From a virus (lineage: Duplodnaviria; Heunggongvirae; Uroviricota; Caudoviricetes), in IMG/VR virus record IMGVR_UViG_3300046000_008568, positions 94,501 through 158,500 of that record: DNA of 64,000 bases; one strand, 5' to 3'. Positions 1 through 10,193 of the stretch are shown here, piece by piece (position 1 is the first letter of the stretch; each line of letters starts with the position of its first letter). Both the position numbers and the translations under genes were made by a program. The notes under the pieces were generated by a model. It ran no database searches. It saw only the letters and a list, made by a program, of their open reading frames with translations, and was not told where the DNA came from.

Positions 1-2
1 CT

Positions 3-179
3 CTTACAAGTGTTAAAGTACACGAAGAGTTATTCGACGACTTTAAAGTCGCTAGTATTAAAAACAAATTTAATCTACAAAAACTTACAAACCGCGCAAT
101 GCATCTTTATTTAAACAATGATGAATTTCGCAAACAATTACACAATCACACTGAGTTAGTGTTGAGTGGCAGTCTTTAA
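3..179 (+). CDS. C-terminal fragment of an upstream gene (5' end outside window), hypothetical
   Basis: Open frame 3 from the window edge to TAA at 177-179; the next gene starts 19 nt downstream. Confidence 0.25.
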   Translation, partial: LTSVKVHEELFDDFKVASIKNKFNLQKLTNRAMHLYLNNDEFRKQLHNHTELVLSGSL

Positions 180-197
180 TATCCTTTAAAATTTGTT

Positions 198-1640
198 ATG
201 AAAGAAAATTACATCCCGCAAGAGAAGCGGAAAAAAATCCTGCTATTATCCGATGACATTAGAACAACATCGGGGATAGCTACAATGGCCCGAGAAATCG
301 TATTAGGAACGTGCCATCACTACAATTGGGTAAATTTAGGAGCAACTATCCAAAATCCCGATGAAGGTAAAAAATTAGATTTAAGCGGAGATTCCAACAA
401 CTTTGCTCAAATCACAGATGCAAACGTTATACTCTACCCATCTTCAGGGTATGGTACTATTGAAAGAATTAGAGATCTTTTAAAAACGGAAAAACCAGAT
501 GCAATTATGTTGTTTACAGACCCTCGTTATTGGGAGTGGTTATGGATGCATGAAAGAGAAATACGTTCTCAAGTACCTATTTTATATCTTAATATTTGGG
601 ATTCATTACCTTATCCATTATACAATAAAGGATACTATGAATCCTGTGATCTACTAATGGCTATTTCAAAACAAACTGAAAATATCAACAGATCAGTATT
701 AGGAGAAGCAGCCCATGATAAAGTAATAGGATATGTTCCTCATGGAATTAATGAAAATGTATTTTTTCCTATTAATGAAGGGGATGAAAAATGGAATGAA
801 CTTCAAGAGTTTAAAAAGAATTTATTTGGGATTAAAGAATATGAATTCGTATTAATGTTTAATTCACGAAATATTAGACGTAAATCATTCCCTGATACTC
901 TTCTAGCATGGAAATTATTTGTTGACAGCCTCCCAGAGGACAAAAAAGATAAAGTAGCATTTATTGCCCACACTCAACCAGTAGATGAAAATGGAACAGA
1001 TTTACCAGCAGTAATCGAAATGATCTGGGGTAAAACACCACCTAATGTGTTTCTTACAGGATTAAACCGATTCATTCCCGAACAAATGAATTTATTGTTT
1101 AACTGTGCTGATGCTGGAATATTAATTTCATCAAATGAAGGTTGGGGATTATCATTAACTGAAGCTATGATGTGTGGTAAGCCTATTATTGCAAACGTTA
1201 CTGGAGGTATGCAAGATCAAATGCGTTTTGAAGACGAAAATGGAGATTGGATCAAGTTTACAGAAGAATTTGGATCAAACCATTTTGGAAAATATAAAAA
1301 ATGTGGAGAATGGGCCTTTCCTGTATTCCCTAGCAATATGAGCTTAATAGGCTCCGTACCAACGCCTTATATATTTGATGATAGAGCAGATTTTAGAGAT
1401 GCTGCTAATCAAATCCAAGCAATATACGATTTAAGTTCAGAAGAACGCAAACGTTTAGGAAATTTAGCACGTGAATGGACTTTATCTGATGAAGCTATGA
1501 TGACTTCAACTAATATGGGTAAAAATGTTATTAGATATATTGATCAAACGTTTGATACTTGGATACCAAGAAAATCTCATGATTTCCTTAAAATAGAAGA
1601 ATTAATCGCAAAACAAAATAAAACTGTAATTTCGTTATGA
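198..1640 (+). CDS. glycosyltransferase, GT-B fold (GT4-like)
   Basis: 480 aa; C-terminal EGWGLSLTEAMMCGKPIIA resembles the GT4 E-x7-E nucleotide-sugar binding motif. Confidence 0.55.
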   Translation: MKENYIPQEKRKKILLLSDDIRTTSGIATMAREIVLGTCHHYNWVNLGATIQNPDEGKKLDLSGDSNNFAQITDANVILYPSSGYGTIERIRDLLKTEKPDAIMLFTDPRYWEWLWMHEREIRSQVPILYLNIWDSLPYPLYNKGYYESCDLLMAISKQTENINRSVLGEAAHDKVIGYVPHGINENVFFPINEGDEKWNELQEFKKNLFGIKEYEFVLMFNSRNIRRKSFPDTLLAWKLFVDSLPEDKKDKVAFIAHTQPVDENGTDLPAVIEMIWGKTPPNVFLTGLNRFIPEQMNLLFNCADAGILISSNEGWGLSLTEAMMCGKPIIANVTGGMQDQMRFEDENGDWIKFTEEFGSNHFGKYKKCGEWAFPVFPSNMSLIGSVPTPYIFDDRADFRDAANQIQAIYDLSSEERKRLGNLAREWTLSDEAMMTSTNMGKNVIRYIDQTFDTWIPRKSHDFLKIEELIAKQNKTVISL

Positions 1641-2935
1641 GTAAACCAATTTGTATAGTAAGCTGTCCTATCGACACATTTAGTGGATATGGAGCTAGAT
1701 CACGTGATTTTGTAAGATCACTTATTGCCTCTAAAGGTGAAGAATGGGATATTAGAATTTTATCCCAAAGGTGGGGACAAACCCCATTTGGAGCATTAAA
1801 TGAAAACATTCCTGAGGAAAAAGATTTAAAAGATAGAATTGCAGGAGCATTAACTATGAATCTCCCATCACAACCTGATGTGTGGATTCAAATCACAGTA
1901 CCAAACGAGTTCCAACCAGTAGGAAAATTTAATATTGGAGTAACAGCAGGTATTGAAACTACAATTTGTGATCCTACTTGGATTGAAGGATGTAATAGAA
2001 TGAACCTAATCTTAACATCATCAGATCACTCTAAAAAAGTATTTCAAGCTAGCCGATTTGAACAAAGAAATCAAGCCGGGCAACAAACAGGAGTTACTGA
2101 ATTAAAAACACCAGTTGAAATTCTATTTGAAGGTGCTGATTTAAGTAAATACTTTAAAGCAACTAAAAAGTTAGATTATGATGTGTGTAAAGATTTAGAT
2201 ACCATTCCGGAAAATTTCTGTTATCTATTTGTTGGACATTGGCTTCAAGGTGAGTTTGGAGAAGATAGAAAAAATGTTGGATATACAATTAAAGCATTCT
2301 TAGAAGTATTTAAAAATAAAAAAAATAAACCTGCTTTAATATTAAAAGTATCTCAAGGTGCAACTTCTATTCTAGATAGAGATAGAATTTTAAAAAGAAT
2401 AGATGATGTTAGAAAAACAGTAGCTGGTAAAAATTTACCCAATATTTACGTAATACACGGCGATTTAAGCGATAGTGAAATAAATGCCATATACAATCAT
2501 ACAAAAGTAAAGGCAATGGTTAATCTCACCAAAGGTGAAGGATTTGGACGACCTTTATTAGAATTTAGCGTTGTTGGAAAACCTATTATTGCTTCTGGTT
2601 GGAGTGGTCATATTGATTTCTTACCTTCAGAATTCGCAGGTTTAGTTGGAGGTTCATTACAACAAGTTCACCCAAGTGCGCACGTTCCTAATGTTATACT
2701 ACAAAATAGCCAATGGTTTAAACCAGATGACAATCAAGTAGGACATGCTTTTAATGATGTGTTTGACAAATATAAAGATTATCAAGAAAAAGCAAAACGT
2801 CTTGCTTTTAGAAATAAACAAAATTTCTCATTAGATAAGATGACTGAATCTTTAAGCGAAACATTAGTTAAATATGTACCGGAATTTCCTAAACATATTG
2901 AACTTAAATTACCAAAACTGACAAAAATAAAATAA
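1637..2935 (+). CDS. glycosyltransferase, GT-B fold (GT4-like)
   Basis: 432 aa; EGFGRPLLEFSVVGKPIIAS motif; ATGA overlap with upstream gene. Confidence 0.5.
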   Translation: MSKPICIVSCPIDTFSGYGARSRDFVRSLIASKGEEWDIRILSQRWGQTPFGALNENIPEEKDLKDRIAGALTMNLPSQPDVWIQITVPNEFQPVGKFNIGVTAGIETTICDPTWIEGCNRMNLILTSSDHSKKVFQASRFEQRNQAGQQTGVTELKTPVEILFEGADLSKYFKATKKLDYDVCKDLDTIPENFCYLFVGHWLQGEFGEDRKNVGYTIKAFLEVFKNKKNKPALILKVSQGATSILDRDRILKRIDDVRKTVAGKNLPNIYVIHGDLSDSEINAIYNHTKVKAMVNLTKGEGFGRPLLEFSVVGKPIIASGWSGHIDFLPSEFAGLVGGSLQQVHPSAHVPNVILQNSQWFKPDDNQVGHAFNDVFDKYKDYQEKAKRLAFRNKQNFSLDKMTESLSETLVKYVPEFPKHIELKLPKLTKIK

Positions 2936-2936
2936 A

Positions 2937-3368
2937 ATGGAAGATAATTTAGTAAAATGTGCTCATTGCGATGCAGAAATGTGTTATGAATATCATAATC
3001 CTCAATTTATACAATGGATGTGTTTTAACTGTGGTTACGGAAGTACTTCACATATGGTTAAGGATAGTGACTTTGTAAAATCATCTAAAGAAATATTACC
3101 TGAATTAATTAAAGATTTAGAATTTATTGATGATGCTGGATTTGTTTGGTATCCTAGTACAATTAATGTACCTGAAAAAGGAATACTATTCCCTAATGGA
3201 ACAAGCAAAGATACATGGGGGTGGTCAGTAGCACCATTAACATTAATTAAAGATGAGGAAAAGGCTAAATTCCCTAAAAATCAAACGCATAAAGTTGATC
3301 TAGCAGGTATAGAATACTTTCCAAAAGAATCATATGCATCGGCCGTTACAAGATTAAACGCATTGTAA
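2937..3368 (+). CDS. hypothetical protein with N-terminal CxxC...CxxC zinc-ribbon
   Basis: 143 aa; CAHCDAEMC...CFNCGYG. Confidence 0.4.
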   Translation: MEDNLVKCAHCDAEMCYEYHNPQFIQWMCFNCGYGSTSHMVKDSDFVKSSKEILPELIKDLEFIDDAGFVWYPSTINVPEKGILFPNGTSKDTWGWSVAPLTLIKDEEKAKFPKNQTHKVDLAGIEYFPKESYASAVTRLNAL

Positions 3369-3371
3369 AAT

Positions 3372-3989
3372 ATGAAAATAAGTTATGCAATAACAGTTTG
3401 TAATGAATTAGAGGAAATAAAAAGACTAGTCAATTTCCTTCTTTTAAACAAACGAGAACAAGATGAAATAGTTATACTATTTGATAGTAAAGGTACCAAA
3501 GAAGTTTGGAATTATTTATTAGAGACAGAAGAAAAACTTACCTTTTTACATAAAGATCAATTTAATGATGACTTTGGTAAATGGAAAAATCTACTTACTA
3601 AATTATGTACTGGAGATTTTATCTTTCAAATAGATGCTGATGAGATTCCTTGCACACCTATTATAGAATCTTTACCTTTTATTTTAGAATCAAATCCTGA
3701 ATTAGATGTGTTATTAGTACCTAGAGTAAATACTGTAGAAGGACTTACACAAGAACATATACAAAAATGGGGATGGAATATAAATTCAGAAGGATGGGTT
3801 AACTGGCCAGATTATCAATGGAGAATTTATAGAAATACTTCAAAAATACAATGGGTTAATAAAGTTCATGAAAGATTAGAAGGATTTAAAAATTATACGA
3901 CTTTACCAATGGAAGAAGATTATTCGTTATATCATCCAAAGACAATCGATAGACAAGAAAAACAAAATAAATATTACGATACATTATGA
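3372..3989 (+). CDS. putative glycosyltransferase (GT2-like, DxD)
   Basis: 205 aa; N-term YAITVCNE resembles GT2 start; QIDADE DxD-like motif. Confidence 0.4.
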   Translation: MKISYAITVCNELEEIKRLVNFLLLNKREQDEIVILFDSKGTKEVWNYLLETEEKLTFLHKDQFNDDFGKWKNLLTKLCTGDFIFQIDADEIPCTPIIESLPFILESNPELDVLLVPRVNTVEGLTQEHIQKWGWNINSEGWVNWPDYQWRIYRNTSKIQWVNKVHERLEGFKNYTTLPMEEDYSLYHPKTIDRQEKQNKYYDTL

Positions 3990-4603
3990 AAGCATTAATA
4001 CCTTGTGCTGGATTCGGCACTAGAATGAGAATGGCCCCACATCAAGCTAAAGAATTAATTCCTGATGAAACTGGAGCTCCTACTATTGAATGGTCTTTAA
4101 ATATATGTAAAAAATATAATATAGAACCTATTATTATTACTCGCCCTGAGAAGGAAGAATTTAATAAGTATTTAGACCAAAAACAAATCACTTATGTGTT
4201 TGATGATGGAAACTCAGTAGGAGAATCATTATTAAAAACACAACCATATTGGGATGCAACAAATATTGTAATTCTTCCCGATACTCGTTTTGATTATCCT
4301 GAAAATTTCTTTTTAGACGTTGATAAATGTATGAAAGCAGGCAATGATTATGTATTTGGGTTATTTGAAGTATCAGATCACCAAAATTGGGGTATTATAT
4401 GTAATAATGTATTCTTTGAAAAACCTAAACATAAATTTACTGAGTATGATTATGCGTATGCTTGGGGGACTATAGCATTTAGGAAGTCTACAGGAAAATC
4501 ATTACTTGAAAATTATAATTTAGTTTCTAAACCTTTCGAATTAAAAAATGCAGGTTATCTGTTTATAGACAATTTTAGAGATATTAGTAGAAAATATATA
4601 TAA
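3986..4603 (+). CDS. sugar-phosphate nucleotidyltransferase
   Basis: 205 aa; N-terminal LIPCAGFGTRMR matches the G-x-G-T-R NTP-transferase signature; ATGA overlap. Confidence 0.5.
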   Translation: MKALIPCAGFGTRMRMAPHQAKELIPDETGAPTIEWSLNICKKYNIEPIIITRPEKEEFNKYLDQKQITYVFDDGNSVGESLLKTQPYWDATNIVILPDTRFDYPENFFLDVDKCMKAGNDYVFGLFEVSDHQNWGIICNNVFFEKPKHKFTEYDYAYAWGTIAFRKSTGKSLLENYNLVSKPFELKNAGYLFIDNFRDISRKYI

Positions 4604-4605
4604 CT

Positions 4606-5250
4606 ATGGCAAACGGAATTTATAAAATAACAGAAGACTTTGAAAAAGCTTTAGCCGATTATACCGGAGCAAAATATGTAGTTACTTTAGATAATATGAG
4701 TAATGGATTATTCTTAGCATTATATTATGAAAATTACGTAAAAAAGAGTATAACTTCTCCAACAATAAAAATACCTAATAGAACTTATCCTTCTGTACCG
4801 TGTGAAATTATTCACGCTGGTTTAAAAGTAGAATTTGAACCTGTTAAAGGAAAAACTATAAAAGGAGCATATAATTTAAAAGGAAGTAATGTTTGGGATT
4901 CTGCTTTATCTTTTACAGCAGATATGTACAAATCTAAAACTCATATGTGTGTTTCATTTACAGGGCCTTACAAACATTTTAAATTAAGTAAAGGAGGAGC
5001 TATCTTAACTGATGACTATGAAGCATATCTTTGGTTCAAACGAGCTAGATATAGTGGAAGAAGAGAATGTTCATATCATGATGATAATCTAGATATGTTA
5101 GGATGGAATTTCTACATGATGCCTGAACTAGCTGCTCGAGGAATACTCCTAATGAACCAGTTCTATAACATAGATGGGACTAAAAAACATAATGCTGATT
5201 TAGAATTACCTTATCCGGATCTATCTAAGTTTGAAATTTATACTAAATGA
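4606..5250 (+). CDS. short DegT/DnrJ/EryC1/StrS-like aminotransferase homologue
   Basis: 214 aa; LADYTGAKYVVTLDNMSNGLFLAL and a later K-containing segment parallel the DegT N-term and active-site regions, but the middle domain is missing. Confidence 0.35.
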   Translation: MANGIYKITEDFEKALADYTGAKYVVTLDNMSNGLFLALYYENYVKKSITSPTIKIPNRTYPSVPCEIIHAGLKVEFEPVKGKTIKGAYNLKGSNVWDSALSFTADMYKSKTHMCVSFTGPYKHFKLSKGGAILTDDYEAYLWFKRARYSGRRECSYHDDNLDMLGWNFYMMPELAARGILLMNQFYNIDGTKKHNADLELPYPDLSKFEIYTK

Positions 5251-5822
5251 AAAAAGCTTTAATAGGATTTGGAGGGCATGCTAGAGAAGTATTAGCTCAA
5301 ATAGGAGAGAATCTTATATGTTTTGTAGATGATGATTATATAATAGAAGGTACTCAACCTCTTTCTTCTTTTGACCCAACAGAATATGAAGTAATAATAG
5401 CAGTTGGGTCTTCTAAAGATAGATATGACATTGTTCAAAAACTTCCAAAACAAACAAAATACTTTACCTTTATACATCCTACAGCTCTTGTACTGGATAA
5501 TGTTGAAATAGGAGAAGGTAGTTTTATAGGAGCTTATTCAATCCTTACTACTAACATTAAAATAGGCAAACATGCTTTACTAAATAGGAGTAGTCAGATA
5601 GGACATGACTGTATAGTAGGAGATTATTTTAGTGCAATGCCTGGAGCTATTATATCCGGTAATGTAAGAATATATGATTGTGTGTATATGGGAACAAATG
5701 CTTCAATTAAAGAAAAAATAACAATACATAGTTTCACTACAATTGGATCTAATGCTGCTGTAGTAAAACACATTGAAGAACCAGGAACATACACAGGAAC
5801 ACCAGCTAAAAAAATAAAATGA
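5247..5822 (+). CDS. PglD/NeuD/PerB-like hexapeptide-repeat sugar N-acetyltransferase
   Basis: 191 aa; N-terminal LIGFGGHAREV Rossmann-like start followed by left-handed beta-helix hexapeptide repeats (IGEGSFIGAYSIL, IGHDCIVGDY). Confidence 0.55.
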   Translation: MKKALIGFGGHAREVLAQIGENLICFVDDDYIIEGTQPLSSFDPTEYEVIIAVGSSKDRYDIVQKLPKQTKYFTFIHPTALVLDNVEIGEGSFIGAYSILTTNIKIGKHALLNRSSQIGHDCIVGDYFSAMPGAIISGNVRIYDCVYMGTNASIKEKITIHSFTTIGSNAAVVKHIEEPGTYTGTPAKKIK

Positions 5823-6496
5823 TACACATAATATATAGACATACAAGCAATGCTAGTGGTATAGGAAAAAACAGACCACATTGGTTTTCCTACGAAAAAA
5901 GTTTAAATAATATTTTATCAACAATTGATGGAATAAATTTTGTTAAATTTCATCTAGTATATGATGGTGAATATAAAGGAAATGATTCTAGAATACACCA
6001 CATAGAAAATTTTCAAGGAGGATCAGATTGGTTATCCTATGTTCATGCTTGGAATTATGCTAAAACATTACTATTAGAAGATAATGATTTAATTTACTTT
6101 GTAGAAAATGATTATGCCTTTATCCCTAATTGGCCTTACAAAGTACAAGAATTATTTAACTTATATGAAGGACTAGACTATATCACACCATATGACCACC
6201 CAGACTTCTATAATCCTAATAATTACCCGGGATTGATGACTTATATGATAGTAACGAAAACTCATCATTGGAAAACTGTCCCTAGTTCAACTGGTAGTAT
6301 TATTATATCTAAAAGAATACTAAATGAAGACTTTGATATACATACTTCTAACCCAAGTGATAGAGGTCGATTTGAATTTTTAAGTGCTACTAAAGGCAGA
6401 AATGTACTAGCACCAATACCAAGCTTAACTACACATTGTGAAGTAGAATGGTTAGCTCCTGTAATTGATTGGGAAACAATTTATAAAAATTATTAA
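5819..6496 (+). CDS. hypothetical protein (glycosylation island)
   Basis: 225 aa ORF, ATGA overlap with upstream gene. Confidence 0.35.
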   Translation: MIHIIYRHTSNASGIGKNRPHWFSYEKSLNNILSTIDGINFVKFHLVYDGEYKGNDSRIHHIENFQGGSDWLSYVHAWNYAKTLLLEDNDLIYFVENDYAFIPNWPYKVQELFNLYEGLDYITPYDHPDFYNPNNYPGLMTYMIVTKTHHWKTVPSSTGSIIISKRILNEDFDIHTSNPSDRGRFEFLSATKGRNVLAPIPSLTTHCEVEWLAPVIDWETIYKNY

Positions 6497-6497
6497 T

Positions 6498-7226
6498 ATG
6501 AAAACATTAGTAGCAATACTTCAATACAACACTTATGAGCTAACAGATAGTTTATACGAAAATTTAAAACCATATGAAAAAGATATCTATGATCTAATAG
6601 TAGTAGATAACGGTTCTAACTCTGATAAAATAAGTAAATATACCACTCACGCCTTAGAACAAAATGTATTTTATGGAGGGGGTGTAAGTGTTATATTAGA
6701 TTTATTTCTTGAATCACCTCAATATGATTCTGTTATAATATTGAACAATGATTTACACTTACATGGTTATGATTATATTAAAACATTACGAGAAGAAATG
6801 TTTAAAGGTGATTTTAAGTTAATTTCCCCTTGCGTATTAGAACCTCATACAGGTGAACAGTCTATTTGGAAAACTATGAGACCTTGGCATACTGGAACTA
6901 CTCGAGAAGTATCGTACATTGATTATCAAGCTCCTATGTTCTCTAGAGAATTAGCTGAAAAAATCCATCCAATTCCTGAACAATTAATCTATGGGTGGGG
7001 TATTGACTTCCTTTCTAGTATAATATGTGAAGAAAATAATTGGAAAATGGGAGTATGTGATAAAACACCTACAATACATCTAATCAGCCAAACTCTTAAA
7101 CTAAATTCAGAATTATCCCAAGTTAGTAATTTAGCTGAAAGAAATATGTTCGAATATTTTGAAAAATCAGGAAAATTTAGTAAATTTATGGAGATCAGAA
7201 ATAAAACTCTTAATTATGAAATCTAA
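6498..7226 (+). CDS. glycosyltransferase family 2
   Basis: LVAILQYNTYEL...VVDNGSN GT2-A N-terminal signature; the ATG at 6498 is preferred over the track start at 6465, which overlaps the upstream gene. Confidence 0.5.
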   Translation: MKTLVAILQYNTYELTDSLYENLKPYEKDIYDLIVVDNGSNSDKISKYTTHALEQNVFYGGGVSVILDLFLESPQYDSVIILNNDLHLHGYDYIKTLREEMFKGDFKLISPCVLEPHTGEQSIWKTMRPWHTGTTREVSYIDYQAPMFSRELAEKIHPIPEQLIYGWGIDFLSSIICEENNWKMGVCDKTPTIHLISQTLKLNSELSQVSNLAERNMFEYFEKSGKFSKFMEIRNKTLNYEI

Positions 7227-8085
7227 CACATTAGCAACACTACATATAATGTGGTACGAAAGTCAAATGATTAACGAAACATTAGACTCAATACAACAAG
7301 CAATATCAAACGCAACTCAACCTGTAGATCTGGTACTATGTTTAAATTCCCAAACATATATTGAAAAACCAGACGAAGGATTTATCCCTGAACAAATGTT
7401 TGATATATTTTTAGATCACCCTGTATTAGAAAATGCTAGTATAATAAAAAAAACAGATAGTGAACCTTTCTATAATATAGGGGATTGGGCTCGAGAAGCA
7501 TATAAGAGTGAAGCAAAGTACACAGTATGGTTAGAGAGTGATTGTTTAGTTCCTGAAGATTATTTTTTCTTATTAGAAAATATTAATATAGAACAACCAC
7601 ATCTTGTATCTTTATCAAATAGAAAAATGTGGGACTCTACTTGGGACGAAGTAGAACACCCTATCGTACAGCAAATACCAAGAACAGGACCTCCTGAAGA
7701 ACCTCAGAGAAATACACCTGAACCATTTGGAGTAGGGCATTACATAAATCAAGAAGACCTAAATAAATTTAATCAGCAATACGAACCTGTTCTAGTTAAA
7801 TTATCTCAACCTAAAGTGGATGGAGCACTAGCTGCTGTATCTAGTGACTTTCCTTACCCTTTTATAGTAGAAGGTGTTCATTTAGGTGGTCATGATTACT
7901 ATATGGAGTTGTTTATGAAAAAGAATAATATTTCTCAATACCATATTCCTACTAGACTAAAAGGACACAATTGTACACATCCTAAAAAAAGATTAGGAAC
8001 TAGTACTGCTAGAGGAGGTGTAGTATATAAAAAATACGAAAAGCAATGTAATGAGCTTATTCATAAACTAGTAACTACTGCCTAG
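7216..8085 (+). CDS. hypothetical protein (glycosylation island)
   Basis: The ATG at 7216 is preferred over 7159, which lies inside the upstream gene. Confidence 0.4.
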   Translation: MKSNTLATLHIMWYESQMINETLDSIQQAISNATQPVDLVLCLNSQTYIEKPDEGFIPEQMFDIFLDHPVLENASIIKKTDSEPFYNIGDWAREAYKSEAKYTVWLESDCLVPEDYFFLLENINIEQPHLVSLSNRKMWDSTWDEVEHPIVQQIPRTGPPEEPQRNTPEPFGVGHYINQEDLNKFNQQYEPVLVKLSQPKVDGALAAVSSDFPYPFIVEGVHLGGHDYYMELFMKKNNISQYHIPTRLKGHNCTHPKKRLGTSTARGGVVYKKYEKQCNELIHKLVTTA

Positions 8086-8151
8086 TATACTGCTATATAA
8101 AATTTGGATAATTAAAAAATAATCATTATATTTAAAAATAAAATAAAATAA

Positions 8152-9315
8152 ATGAAAAAAATAGAGTTAATTCAAGACACAATAGATAATCAAGATATTG
8201 ATAATTTAGTAGATTGGTTAAAAACATATCCAAGATTAACAAAAGGGGATAGAACAATTGAATTTGAAAATAAGTGGAGTAATTGGTTAGGAACTAAACA
8301 CTCTATCTTTGTTAATTCGGGATCATCTGCAAATCTTTTAATGCTATACACTCTTAGAGTATTGGGAAAAATGAAAAATGATAAAGTATGCGTACCTTCA
8401 CTATGTTGGGCAACTGACCTATCACCTGTCTTACAATTAAATATGACACCTTTACTAATCGATTGTAATCTAGATAACTTATCAGTTGATTTAAATCATT
8501 TAGAAAACATATTTATTGAACAAAATCCTTCTGTTTTACTATTAGTTTCTGTTTTAGGTCTTTCTCCGGATATGGAAAAAATTGTAGAATTATGTAACAA
8601 ATATGATGTAATTCTGCTTGAAGATAATTGTGAGTCTCAAGGAACTAAATATAATGATGTTAAATTAGGTAATTTTGGATTAATGTCTTCATTTTCAACC
8701 TACTTTGGACATACAATGTCTACAATTGAAGGTGGTATTATTTCAACAAACGATGATGAAGTATATTATACATTACTTCAACTTAGAAGTCATGGATGGG
8801 ATAGAGATTTACCTAAAACTCAACAAACAAATCTTAGAGAAGAATGGAAAATATCCGAATTCTCTTCATTATATACATTTTATATTCCTGGTTTTAATTT
8901 AAGAAGTACTGATTTGCAAGCCTATCTTGGATTACTTCAATTAAATAAAGTAGATCAAATGATTAATAATAGAGCTGAGAATTTTCAATATTACAAATCA
9001 AAATTAGAAGGCAAAGTTTGGTTTCCTAAAACTTTTAAAAATGAATTTATTGCAAATTTTGCACTTCCATTTATAGCCAAAACTGCTCAAGATAGAGAAA
9101 ATCTAATCAAAGAATTAACAGATAATAACATTACCTGCAGACCTTTAATTTCAGGATCTATGGGAACACAACCTTTTTATAAAAAATTGTATGGTGAGAA
9201 AATATTACCAAACTGCTCAATTATAGATGAAAGAGGTATCTATGTACCAAATCATGATAAATTAGCTAAGGAAGATATTGATAAAATTTGTAACATTCTT
9301 TTAAAATATAAATAA
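8152..9315 (+). CDS. DegT/DnrJ/EryC1/StrS-family PLP-dependent sugar aminotransferase
   Basis: 387 aa; KWSNWLGTKHSIFVNSGSSANLL ... FSTYFGHTMSTIEGGII resemble the aminotransferase class-V/DegT fold with its lysine region. Confidence 0.6.
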   Translation: MKKIELIQDTIDNQDIDNLVDWLKTYPRLTKGDRTIEFENKWSNWLGTKHSIFVNSGSSANLLMLYTLRVLGKMKNDKVCVPSLCWATDLSPVLQLNMTPLLIDCNLDNLSVDLNHLENIFIEQNPSVLLLVSVLGLSPDMEKIVELCNKYDVILLEDNCESQGTKYNDVKLGNFGLMSSFSTYFGHTMSTIEGGIISTNDDEVYYTLLQLRSHGWDRDLPKTQQTNLREEWKISEFSSLYTFYIPGFNLRSTDLQAYLGLLQLNKVDQMINNRAENFQYYKSKLEGKVWFPKTFKNEFIANFALPFIAKTAQDRENLIKELTDNNITCRPLISGSMGTQPFYKKLYGEKILPNCSIIDERGIYVPNHDKLAKEDIDKICNILLKYK

Positions 9316-9316
9316 T

Positions 9317-10192
9317 ATGATAACATACGCACTATCTACATTCAATACTTTAAATTATTTAAAATTAGCAGTACAATCCGCTAGAGAAAACGGATATTAT
9401 AAAGACGCTTTATTCGTTATACATGCTGAGAATTGCACTGACGGTACTAATGAATGGTTAGAAGAAAATAAAGAACGATATAATTTAGAAATTTATATTG
9501 AAAAAAACGAAATACCAAGAGGTATTGGAGGTGGAATGAATTTCTGCGCTAGTAAAGTTAAAACTAAATATATTGGGTTTTTATCTTCAGATTTTTACAT
9601 GGCTAGAAATTGGGATAAAGAATTGGTAGATATATGCGAAAATAACTCACAAGACAAAATATGGTCATTTAGTTATAGAATAGAACCAGACATATTTAAT
9701 GATCCTAATAGCAGACCAGGAGTAGTAAAAGTTCCAGTTGATGCCTTTGGTGAATTTCATCATAATTTTAATAGTGACTTTTTTACAGAATGGAGTAATG
9801 AATTTGCTGCTTCAAATGATATAATGTTTGATGTTCCTCAAGGAGTAAGTGGAGTTATTAAAAAAGAAGATTGGGATTACATAGGAGGTAATGATGATAG
9901 ATTTGCACCAATGTATTGGGAAGACGCCGATATTTTTATTAGAATGTTAAATGAAGGTTTTAAATTTAAACTTACCAGTAAGTCTGTACTTTATCACTTC
10001 GCTTCTAGAACAAGCCGATTTCCCGATGATAATTTAAACCAAAGACCAGCTCATTTAGCAGCATATGAGCAAAGAAGTTTGCAACGTTTTGTAGAAAAAT
10101 ACGGAAAGTTACCATTACATGGACCTTTAGGTCAATATACGCCTATGCCTATTGCTGATAGTTCACCAAATAGAATAAATCAAAATAATTAA
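9317..10192 (+). CDS. glycosyltransferase family 2-like
   Basis: 291 aa; N-term MITYALSTFN, DxD-like region. Confidence 0.4.
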   Translation: MITYALSTFNTLNYLKLAVQSARENGYYKDALFVIHAENCTDGTNEWLEENKERYNLEIYIEKNEIPRGIGGGMNFCASKVKTKYIGFLSSDFYMARNWDKELVDICENNSQDKIWSFSYRIEPDIFNDPNSRPGVVKVPVDAFGEFHHNFNSDFFTEWSNEFAASNDIMFDVPQGVSGVIKKEDWDYIGGNDDRFAPMYWEDADIFIRMLNEGFKFKLTSKSVLYHFASRTSRFPDDNLNQRPAHLAAYEQRSLQRFVEKYGKLPLHGPLGQYTPMPIADSSPNRINQNN

Positions 10193-10193
10193 T

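Noticed and set aside
1588-1809. Minus-strand ORFs overlapping + strand genes (1588-1809, 5292-5477, 5624-5881, 8705-8902, 15461-15661, 18531-18812, 22066-22272, 23346-23606, 24328-24525, 25328-25525, 26107-26361, 26852-27037, 29870-30124, 30402-30917, 31783-32154, 33410-33592, 33969-34181, 37282-37512, 38787-39026, 42801-43109, 43753-44037, 45090-45317, 47871-48071, 51674-51868, 53728-54009, 54867-55457, 56259-56477)
   Set aside because: All lie antisense to, or inside, longer and better-supported + strand genes in a strictly unidirectional genome.
7159-7215. Longer N-terminal extensions proposed by the track for several genes (6465, 7159, 27364, 30649, 32895, 35143, 38541, 40100, 40552, 45679)
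   Set aside because: The extensions overlap the upstream gene, a terminator hairpin or a tRNA-like element. Internal ATGs give the usual ATGA or short-spacer organisation and sit at the expected distance after the cassette promoter.
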